Position numbers and translations under genes: made by a program. Shown piece after piece: positions 17,879-25,439 of a stretch of DNA of 33,349 nt (its first letter is position 1; each line of letters starts with the position of its first letter). The notes below the pieces were generated by a model. It did no database searches, was not told where the DNA came from, and was given only the letters and a program-made list of their open reading frames with translations. The DNA comes from Flavobacteriaceae bacterium (GTDB taxonomy: Bacteria > Bacteroidota > Bacteroidia > Flavobacteriales > Flavobacteriaceae): assembly GCA_018674025.1 (NCBI GenBank), contig JABHBC010000241.1:1-33349 (forward strand), read 5' to 3'.

Positions 17879-19930
17879 TTAATTAACCAATTTTATTTCA
17901 TCAAAGTGATATACTCCTTCTCCAGTATTTCCAAAATCATAGAATACAATAAAAGATACATAATCTAAATCAGGTGCTAAACTAAAATCATATGTTAAAG
18001 TTTCCCACTGATTAGCTACTGTTGTTGTCATATCAAACTCATATGTTAGACCATCAACATTTCCTTCAATAGTCTCTAATTTAACCTTAATAACTTTACC
18101 TACTTCTGGTGAGTAAGATTGAATTTGAATTTGATTCATGCCTGCAGAAGAAAAATTAATAGGGTCAACTGAAATTCCCATTCCACCCCATACTTCAGAT
18201 CCTTCTGTCTTAGTACATTGCATAACATTTGCTGTTGTATTAGTTCCAGAACTATTAGGATTTTCAACAATCTGAACTCCTTCAACACCACCAAAAGAGA
18301 AGTTTCCAGGTAAGTCACCTTCAAAATCTTCAATTGCTATAGTCGGAGCTTGTGTTGGAATATATTCACCTAATCCAACTTGAATTTCATCAAAGTGATA
18401 AACTCCTGCTGATTGATTTCCAAAATCATAAAACACAATAAATGATACGTAATCTAAATCAGGAGCGGCTGAGAAATCATATGTTAAAACTTCCCACTGA
18501 TTTGCCACAGTGGTAGTCATATCAAATTCATATGTAAGACCATCAACATTTCCCTCAACAGTTTCTAATTTAACTTTAACTACTTTACCTGCCTCTGGTG
18601 CGTATGAATTAATTTTTATTTGATTTGTTCCATTAAAGTTAATTATACCATCAACCGCAAATCCCATTCCTCCCCATACTTCAGCTCCATCAGTTTTAGT
18701 AAACTGCATTACTGTAGATGTAGTATTTGTTCCAGATGGATTAGGGTTAGATACTAATTGAACTCCTTCAACTCCACCAAACGAAAAGTTTCCAGGTGTG
18801 TCACCTTGAAAATCCTCAACTGTAGTAAAGTTAGATACAGCTGGAAGAGATAATCTAATATTATCAAAGTAATAAGAAGTATCATCTCCGACATTTCCAA
18901 AATCAAAGAATATTACAACTCTATCATAGTCTTGAGATAAATCTGAGGCACTAAAATCATATATTAAAGTTTCCCATCCTTGATTTACAGTAGTTGTCAT
19001 ATCAACTTCAGTATTGATATCTGGATTTGCTGAGTTTTCAAGTTTTAACTTAACAACTTCTCCAATTTCTGAAGTCCAAACATCAACTGCTATATTATTA
19101 AGCGATGAAAAATCAACAGGCTCATCAATAGTTAAAAATGAGCCAGCCCATACTTCAGCTCCATTAAACTTAACTGATTGACCAACAGTACTACTATTGT
19201 TTACTCCAGATGGATCAGGATTAGGAATCACAGTACTTTGAGCATTTCCAAAATCAACAAATGAATAATTTAATGTTGGATCTTCAAAATCAATAGGCAT
19301 CAGTAATGGGTTAACTATTGTAACTAGCTCTGAGTATTCAGTAGTAGCTGCTCCACCACTTAACGCAACTACTGTAACCATGTATTCTCCGACATTTGAA
19401 TACGTGTATGTTAGAGTCTCTCCTATTTGAAGAGGAGTAGGCGCCTCATCAGCTCCTTGATCTCCAAAATAAACCTCAAATGATGCAGCTAAATCTGCTG
19501 CTGCAGATACAGTTATGTCGAAAGCATTTCCAGGTACATTATTGATAGTTACTAATAAGTTTTCAGGTGCAGAATAAGAAACTACAACAGAGACAACTGT
19601 TTCAGTTACTTCACCATTCAAACCAACTGCTGTTATGATTGCCTCGTACGTACCTTCAGGGTATGTATTTACAACAGAATTTCCTGGATTTACCGAATCA
19701 GAGGAATCAGAACCATCTCCAAAATCAACAGTATAACTAACAACTCCTTCACCAGTAGGGGTAATTGTAACTACACCAGTGTTATCTTGAGTTATGCTAA
19801 TCATAGCAGATACGTTTGTTGGGGCTTGAATAGTCTCAACAAAATCAATATTATTTTCTATTTCTTCTACACAAGCAAATATTAAGGCAGAAGCAAGAAA
19901 TACGTTTAATAAATATTTTAATTTTTTCAT
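17879..19930 (-). CDS. Surface lipoprotein with two PKD/Ig-like modules and three tandem CBM-like modules (candidate beta-glucan-binding SGBP)
   Basis: 683 aa, lipobox LIFAC. Ig-like modules span about residues 36-120 and 121-208. Three roughly 150-aa repeats span residues 211-361, 369-520 and 531-683, each with DFE/Q...NPxxSG.N.S..V......G.EVW.G...KL...MTTTVNQ.WE...YDF...FDFGN...Y.FD.I. Confidence 0.8.
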   Translation of the reverse strand: MKKLKYLLNVFLASALIFACVEEIENNIDFVETIQAPTNVSAMISITQDNTGVVTITPTGEGVVSYTVDFGDGSDSSDSVNPGNSVVNTYPEGTYEAIITAVGLNGEVTETVVSVVVSYSAPENLLVTINNVPGNAFDITVSAAADLAASFEVYFGDQGADEAPTPLQIGETLTYTYSNVGEYMVTVVALSGGAATTEYSELVTIVNPLLMPIDFEDPTLNYSFVDFGNAQSTVIPNPDPSGVNNSSTVGQSVKFNGAEVWAGSFLTIDEPVDFSSLNNIAVDVWTSEIGEVVKLKLENSANPDINTEVDMTTTVNQGWETLIYDFSASDLSQDYDRVVIFFDFGNVGDDTSYYFDNIRLSLPAVSNFTTVEDFQGDTPGNFSFGGVEGVQLVSNPNPSGTNTTSTVMQFTKTDGAEVWGGMGFAVDGIINFNGTNQIKINSYAPEAGKVVKVKLETVEGNVDGLTYEFDMTTTVANQWEVLTYDFSAAPDLDYVSFIVFYDFGNQSAGVYHFDEIQVGLGEYIPTQAPTIAIEDFEGDLPGNFSFGGVEGVQIVENPNSSGTNTTANVMQCTKTEGSEVWGGMGISVDPINFSSAGMNQIQIQSYSPEVGKVIKVKLETIEGNVDGLTYEFDMTTTVANQWETLTYDFSLAPDLDYVSFIVFYDFGNTGEGVYHFDEIKLVN
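17882..18826 (-). repeat. Tandem duplication of a roughly 460-bp CBM-like module (R3 17882-18340, R2 18371-18826) within the SGBP gene; older diverged copy R1 at 18848-19300
   Basis: R2 and R3 align over their whole length at both protein and DNA level, with high identity by eye and long identical runs such as GLTYEFDMTTTVANQWE and DLDYVSFIVFYDFGN. R1 shares only the motif skeleton. Confidence 0.85.
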
Positions 19931-19950
19931 GTTTTTGTATAAATTAATTT

Positions 19951-21411
19951 TTAGTAACCAGAATTTTGAGTCAAACCAGAAATATCAATTTCCGCTTGTG
20001 GAATTGGGAAAACCTCATGCTTTCCTTCGACAAAACCATTAATTTTGGAAGCTGCTTGATTAGTTCTTACTAAATCAAAAAATCTGTGCCCCTCCATTGA
20101 AAGCTCAAAGTTTCTTTCAGCCCAAATTGCATCTGTAAGAGCAGTTCCTGTTGCTGTAATATCATGATCTTGGTCTCCAAAAGCTCTTCTTCTAACTTCA
20201 TTTAAGTACTGTTGAGCTAAAGCATCACTAATACCACCTCTATTATTGGCTTCAGCAGCCATTAATAAGACATCAGCATATCTAATTATTCTATAATTAT
20301 TTAAATAATTTAGTTCCGTTTGAGCTCCACTTTGTCCAGCTCTAGGAATATATTTATTATTGTAATATCCTGTATGCTCATATCCTTCTGTGTAGTTTGC
20401 TCCTGTTGCAGCAGAATAAGCAACCATATCTAAAATAGAAGCATCTCTTCTGGTATCTCCTTCTTCAAATGATTCATATAAAGAGTTTACTGGAACATTA
20501 AAACTCCATCCTTGAGCGTATTCAGGTCCATCCCATCCTCTTGGTCCGTTCATTATTATTCCATAATTTCCTTCTGAGCATTGTGGGCAACCCCAATCAT
20601 ACCAATTTGATGTATTAGTGTATTGAATTTCAAAAACAGATTCTGGCCCGTTTTCACCAAAAGACAAAAATTGACTTCCATAATCTGAAACTAAAGAGTA
20701 AACTCCAATAACTTGATCAAAAGCAGTTGCCGCTTCAGTAAATTTATCTTGGTATAGCAACACCTTACCAAGTAGAGCATTTGCAGTAAATTTATTAACT
20801 CTTCCTACTTGACTTTGAGAGTTTGGCAAGGTTGATATTGCATTTTGAAGGTCTAATTCAATTTGAGCATAAACATCTTCTTTAGGAGTTCTACTTAATG
20901 TTCCAGCATCTCCAGCAGTTAATCTTCCATCTACAAATAATGGAACATCTCCAAAGAATCTTACCAATTCAAAATAGTAATATGCTCTTAAGAAATAAAC
21001 CTCTCCGTAAAGAGCGTCTTTATTATCAAAATCTAATAGAGATTTATTTTCTTCCATATAATTAGCTCTGTTGACACCTTCATATAACCACTGCCAAATT
21101 GATCTTAAATTATCATTGTTCGGATAATGAGTCATATCATCAATTTGTTGTAGACCAAGATAATCTGATGCACTTTCGCCTCCACATAGAGAATTATCTG
21201 AAGCTATATCTCCAATTTGCATGTTAAAAAATAACCATTGAAGCGGATCGTAAGTTCCTATCAATGCAGCATCATAATCACTTTCTGATTGAAAGTAAAC
21301 GTCTGCAGTAATAGCATAACCCTCTATTGGTTCGTAGTCAACGTGATCAGCACATGTGTATGACAAAATGCTAACAGTCAGTAATGTAAATATTTGTTTA
21401 ATCTTTTTCAT
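19951..21411 (-). CDS. susD: SusD/RagB-family nutrient-binding outer membrane lipoprotein
   Basis: 486 aa, lipobox ILSYTC. TPR-like SusD signatures are RAYYYFELVRFFGDVPL, RYADVLLMAAEA and ERNFELSMEGHRFFDLVR. It starts 11 nt downstream of SusC. Confidence 0.9.
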   Translation of the reverse strand: MKKIKQIFTLLTVSILSYTCADHVDYEPIEGYAITADVYFQSESDYDAALIGTYDPLQWLFFNMQIGDIASDNSLCGGESASDYLGLQQIDDMTHYPNNDNLRSIWQWLYEGVNRANYMEENKSLLDFDNKDALYGEVYFLRAYYYFELVRFFGDVPLFVDGRLTAGDAGTLSRTPKEDVYAQIELDLQNAISTLPNSQSQVGRVNKFTANALLGKVLLYQDKFTEAATAFDQVIGVYSLVSDYGSQFLSFGENGPESVFEIQYTNTSNWYDWGCPQCSEGNYGIIMNGPRGWDGPEYAQGWSFNVPVNSLYESFEEGDTRRDASILDMVAYSAATGANYTEGYEHTGYYNNKYIPRAGQSGAQTELNYLNNYRIIRYADVLLMAAEANNRGGISDALAQQYLNEVRRRAFGDQDHDITATGTALTDAIWAERNFELSMEGHRFFDLVRTNQAASKINGFVEGKHEVFPIPQAEIDISGLTQNSGY

Positions 21412-21422
21412 AATTTCTATTA

Positions 21423-24400
21423 TTAAAATTTAATATTTAATCCCATAGACCAAGTTCTTGGTTGTGGGTAGGTTCCTATATCAATACCAGTGTTTAATAC
21501 TCCACCATTTGAAATTTCTGGATCATAACCAGAATATTCAGTTAAAGTAAGTAAGTTTTTAACCTGAGTGTATGCTCTGATTTCATCAAAACCAATCTGG
21601 TTTGCAAACGATTCTGGAAAAGTATATCCTAGTTGAATATTTTTTATTCTAAGGTAGCTTCCATCTTCAATGTATCTATCAGATGCTCTTCTGTTATTAT
21701 TTGAATCAATAAATGAGACTCTAGGTTCTGAATTACTTGTCCCTGCTCCAGTCCATCTATCTAATGTTGAAGCAAATCGATTAGTATAATTTAAGTTTCT
21801 TTCGTAAGCTCTGTAAATATCATTACCTACTGAAGCGTATGTAAATACACTAAAATCAAAATTCTTATAATCAACAGCTAAATTCCACCCAATTGTAAAA
21901 TCAGCAAAAGGGTCACCTATTTCAGTTCTATCGCTGTCATTTATAATCCCATCCGAATTAACATCAACAAATCTTATATCTCCAGGCGCTGCCCCATTTT
22001 GTGTAGCATGTGAATTAACCTCAGCTTGTGTTTGAAATATTCCATTTGTTTTATAACCAAAAAAGTATCCAGGGCTATATCCTTCTTCAAATCTTACAAT
22101 TGGAGTGTAAGGAATTCCATATCCAGCTCCCCATATATACCTGTCGCCATTGTTTATTTCTAAAACTTCATTATCAGATGTTGTGAAATTAAGGTTTGTA
22201 CTAATATTAAAGTCTTTTCCTATAGTTGTATCATATGAAAGTGAAGCATCAATACCTGTGCTTTGAGTTTTACCAATATTCGTTGTTGGGAAACTTGGAG
22301 TTCCTAGGTATAATGATAGATTAGGGGCAAATAATAAATCATCAACTGTTTTCTTAAAATAATCAACTGTTATTGAAAGTTTATTATCAAATAGTCTAGT
22401 ATCAATTCCAAAGTTCATCTGAACTTGATTTTCCCATGAAACATCCTCATTAGGAACAGACCCAAGTGCAGAACCATTAATTATACTTCCATCAAAAGTA
22501 TAGCTAGGAAAAGTAGAAATAAGTGCAAATTGAGGATTGATATTATCATTTCCAAGAGATCCATAACTAGCTCTAAACTTTAAGTAATCTAAAGGAGCGT
22601 CTTCAAAAAAGTCTTCCTTTGAAATTACCCAACCCAGTGAAGCAGAAGGGAAAAATCCAAACTTATTATTTGTACCAAATGATGTAGATCCGTCTACTCT
22701 ACCAGTAAAGGAGAAGTAGTATTTTTCATTAAAATCATATAATAATCTTGAGAAATAAGAAACATTTCTTCCAACATATTGCCAAGAACTTGAAGTTTGC
22801 TGAGATGCGTTTCCAGTAGCAGCACTTATATCTGCATAGGCCCACGAGTTAAAAGGAACATCTTCGTTAAATGCACCTATATATTCACCTTTATTTTCTC
22901 CAATTGAAAAACCTAGCACCGTTTGAAAGTTGTGATTTTCATTAATTGTAAAATCATAATTTGCATATGTTTCAAAAGTATAGTTGAAATAGTTTGTTTT
23001 AGATTCTGAAATTCTATTATGAGTCGATACAATTGTACCTTCAGCATCAACAGAAACTATAGGACTTAAATCTTCGTTAGCATTAGTAGCATTGTGACCA
23101 CTACCATAAAATGCTAAGGGAATAAAGTTTTTATTATAAATATCAACAAAAGTATAACCAAATCTAGAAGTAACTTTTAAATTATCCATTAAATCATGTT
23201 GTAATTCAATCTTACCAGTAAGCTTATTGGTATTTCCTTCATTGTATGTATTATCAATTTGGGCTAATGGATTTATAATCTCCTGAGTGATTGTTTCACT
23301 AATTCCAAAACTTCCATTTTCGTAAGGATTAACTGTTGGGTCAAAATTTAATGAGTTAGAAAGAACACTATTTATTCCATTTTCTGGAAGTCCTTTTCCT
23401 TTTATGTTAGTATAATTTGTATTAACTAATAGTTTAGTTTTTTCAGTTAAATCAGTATTAATATTTGTTGTAAAGTTTGTTCTGTTAAAAAAAGATTTTT
23501 CTGATGGACCAACAACACCGTCTTGACCTAAATAACCAGCTGAAACATAAAAGGATGTCTTATCACTACCTCCAGAAGCAGTAATGGAATGATTAACAAT
23601 TGCTGCATCATTAATTACTTCCTCTTGCCAGTTTGTTCCTTTACCTAATCCTGATAGGTCTGGATAAATTAAACCTTCACCAGCTGCCATACTTGCTTCA
23701 TTTAAAATAGCACCATATTCACTTGCATTTAAAACATCTATCATTTTAACGACAGATTGATTACCGACTGAAGTACTAAAGTTAAAAGAAGTGTCAGAAT
23801 TTCTTTCTCCTGACTTAGTAGTAACAACGATTACACCGCTACCTCCTTTAACACCATATATAGAAGCTAGAGCTGCATCTTTCAAAACATTAACAGACTT
23901 AATATCACTTGGATTAAGTGAATTTAAATCATCAATTGATTGCGAAACACCATCAATAACAACTAATGGAGAATTTCCAGCGTAAGATGTAATACCACGA
24001 ATTAAAACTGTTGGTTTAGATCCAGGTGATCCACTAGAAATAATATTTATACCAGAAGCTTGACCTTGAAGAGCATCTTCAACTCTAACAGGCTTAATTG
24101 CCTCAATAGCACTTGAACTAACTGTAGAAACAGCACCAGAAATATCACTCAATTTCTGAGAACCATAACCAATTACAACAACTTCATCAAGTTCACTAAG
24201 ATCTTCATTTAAAATTATGGAAAACTGTTTTTGCATTCCAACCTCAACAGTAACAGTCTGATATCCTAAATAACTAAAGACTAATTTTGAATTAGAATCA
24301 ACGTTTGATAGAGAAAAATTTCCATCAAAATCAGTAACAGCTCCATTATTTGAATTTTCAACACTAACATTTACTCCTCCAATAGGAATAAGATTAGTAT

Positions 24401-24488
24401 CTGAAACTTTTCCAGAAATATTCTGGCTCTGAATAGTAGAGAACATTGTTCCAATAAACAGACATAAATTTAAAAATGATATTTTCAT
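21423..24488 (-). CDS. susC: SusC-type TonB-dependent transporter
   Basis: 1021 aa. A signal peptide is followed by a carboxypeptidase-regulatory-like domain (ISGKVSD...GVNVSV...TDFDGNFSL), the TonB-box/plug (DEVVVIGYGSQK) and a C-terminal ...GLNIKF barrel end. There is no STN (anti-sigma signalling) extension. Confidence 0.92.
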   Translation of the reverse strand: MKISFLNLCLFIGTMFSTIQSQNISGKVSDTNLIPIGGVNVSVENSNNGAVTDFDGNFSLSNVDSNSKLVFSYLGYQTVTVEVGMQKQFSIILNEDLSELDEVVVIGYGSQKLSDISGAVSTVSSSAIEAIKPVRVEDALQGQASGINIISSGSPGSKPTVLIRGITSYAGNSPLVVIDGVSQSIDDLNSLNPSDIKSVNVLKDAALASIYGVKGGSGVIVVTTKSGERNSDTSFNFSTSVGNQSVVKMIDVLNASEYGAILNEASMAAGEGLIYPDLSGLGKGTNWQEEVINDAAIVNHSITASGGSDKTSFYVSAGYLGQDGVVGPSEKSFFNRTNFTTNINTDLTEKTKLLVNTNYTNIKGKGLPENGINSVLSNSLNFDPTVNPYENGSFGISETITQEIINPLAQIDNTYNEGNTNKLTGKIELQHDLMDNLKVTSRFGYTFVDIYNKNFIPLAFYGSGHNATNANEDLSPIVSVDAEGTIVSTHNRISESKTNYFNYTFETYANYDFTINENHNFQTVLGFSIGENKGEYIGAFNEDVPFNSWAYADISAATGNASQQTSSSWQYVGRNVSYFSRLLYDFNEKYYFSFTGRVDGSTSFGTNNKFGFFPSASLGWVISKEDFFEDAPLDYLKFRASYGSLGNDNINPQFALISTFPSYTFDGSIINGSALGSVPNEDVSWENQVQMNFGIDTRLFDNKLSITVDYFKKTVDDLLFAPNLSLYLGTPSFPTTNIGKTQSTGIDASLSYDTTIGKDFNISTNLNFTTSDNEVLEINNGDRYIWGAGYGIPYTPIVRFEEGYSPGYFFGYKTNGIFQTQAEVNSHATQNGAAPGDIRFVDVNSDGIINDSDRTEIGDPFADFTIGWNLAVDYKNFDFSVFTYASVGNDIYRAYERNLNYTNRFASTLDRWTGAGTSNSEPRVSFIDSNNNRRASDRYIEDGSYLRIKNIQLGYTFPESFANQIGFDEIRAYTQVKNLLTLTEYSGYDPEISNGGVLNTGIDIGTYPQPRTWSMGLNIKF

Positions 24489-24847
24489 GAATTTTTTATT
24501 TAAATAATTTAATTTAATCTTTAAGTTATTAAGGAATTATCAAAAAGCTTATGATTTATTACACATAACCTAAAATTGAGAGTGCTAAATTAAGACATAT
24601 GTAATAATTTAAAACATAAGAAATGAATTTTTCAATAAAAAACAGTAAAACAAGCGAATGAATAATTAATCAATACAAAAAAAGACTAATAACTAATAAT
24701 TCTATAATTGTAACACGAAAACGTTATAGTAGGTATAATACGCTTCAAATTTGCTATTATTTGAGTAAAATATATTATTTAAATAAAAAAGCATCCCAAT
24801 TTCTTAATAAGAAAAAGGAAAGCTTTCCACTGGTTTTATAAAAACCT

Positions 24848-24870
24848 CTAATAGGTAAAACACCTATTAG
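24848..24870 (-). terminator. Rho-independent terminator downstream of tRNA-Asp
   Basis: 9-bp stem ctaataggt (24848-24856) / acctattag (24862-24870) with a 5-nt loop. On the minus strand it is followed by AGGTTTTTAT. It starts 20 nt after the tRNA 3' end. Confidence 0.5.
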
Positions 24871-24889
24871 CAACACAACATTTTAATTG

Positions 24890-24963
24890 CGGTCTGGACG
24901 GGACTCGAACCCGCGACCCCCTGCGTGACAGGCAGGTATTCTAACCAACTGAACTACCAGACC
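24890..24963 (-). tRNA. tRNA-Asp (anticodon GUC), CCA not encoded
   Basis: The reverse complement is GGTCTGGTAGTTCAGTTGGTTAGAATACCTGCCTGTCACGCAGGGGGTCGCGGGTTCGAGTCCCGTCCAGACCG. It has a 7-bp acceptor stem (GGTCTGG/CCAGACC), a CTGTCAC anticodon loop with GTC, and a GGTTCGAGTCC T-arm. It is nearly identical to the E. coli tRNA-Asp core. Confidence 0.93.
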
Positions 24964-24979
24964 GTTGCTTTGAGCGGAG

Positions 24980-25010
24980 CAAATATACACTCGATTTTTT
25001 ATACCACAAA
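24980..25010 (-). promoter_or_regulatory. Bacteroidota sigma-A type promoter for tRNA-Asp (-33 TTTG / -7 TATATTTG)
   Basis: On the minus strand, TTTG (25010-25007), a 19-nt spacer and TATATTTG (24987-24980) match the TTTG-N19-21-TAnnTTTG consensus. The -7 box ends 16 nt upstream of the mature tRNA 5' end. Confidence 0.6.
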
Positions 25011-25068
25011 TAATTTTATAAAAATTATTAATTAATTGTAGAATAAATAAATTTATTAGGGTAAAAGC

Positions 25069-25389
25069 TTATTTAAGAAGGTTGTCTAATGCAGTAGTAT
25101 ACGTGTCTTTAGGAGCTACACCAACATGTCTATCTACCAATTCACCATTATTAAACACCAAAACAGTTGGGATATTTCTAACTCCGTATTTAGCAGCAAA
25201 TTCTTGATTTGAATCGATATCTACTTTTCCAACAATAGCTTTATTTTCATATTCACTACTAATTTCATCAATTATTGGCCCAACCATTCTACATGGTCCA
25301 CACCAAGCAGCCCAAAAATCAACCATCACCGGTTTTTCACTTTTTAATACTGTTTCCTCAAAACTACTATCTGTAATTTCCAATGCCAT
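25069..25389 (-). CDS. trxA: Thioredoxin
   Basis: 106 aa with the canonical WAAWCGPCR active site and a thioredoxin fold length. Confidence 0.93.
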   Translation of the reverse strand: MALEITDSSFEETVLKSEKPVMVDFWAAWCGPCRMVGPIIDEISSEYENKAIVGKVDIDSNQEFAAKYGVRNIPTVLVFNNGELVDRHVGVAPKDTYTTALDNLLK

Positions 25390-25416
25390 ATCTTTATATA
25401 TTTAAAAATTAAAAGT

Positions 25417-25424
25417 CAAAATTA
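25417..25424 (-). promoter_or_regulatory. Candidate -7 promoter box (TAATTTTG) for trxA
   Basis: Plus-strand CAAAATTA is minus-strand TAATTTTG, which matches TAnnTTTG, 28 nt upstream of the trxA ATG. I found no matching -33 TTTG, so this is weak. Confidence 0.35.
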
Positions 25425-25439
25425 ATTAAAAAAACATTA

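Noticed and set aside
14080-23985. Nested ORFs inside PUL genes: 14080-14289(+), 14817-15077(+), 15906-16232(+), 16536-16739(+), 17322-17570(+), 18136-18333(-, same strand but out of frame), 23791-23985(+).
   Set aside because: All are embedded in well-supported GH3, GH16, SGBP or SusC coding sequences. None has recognisable domains. The 18136-18333 ORF sits in an alternative frame of the duplicated CBM module and has no counterpart in the sister repeat.
13500-24500. Impression that the PUL is more GC-rich than the flanks, which would suggest horizontal acquisition next to the tRNA.
   Set aside because: Spot counts of single 60-nt lines ranged from about 17% to 43% GC both inside and outside the PUL, so I cannot support a compositional step without a sliding-window calculation. 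There is no integrase, transposase or tRNA-fragment direct repeat.
24734-24739. E. coli-like TATAAT hexamer on the + strand in the susC upstream region.
   Set aside because: Bacteroidota primary sigma factors use TTTG/TAnnTTTG rather than -35/-10 hexamers. The orientation points away from susC toward the antisense of the tRNA. In DNA this AT-rich, TATAAT is expected by chance.
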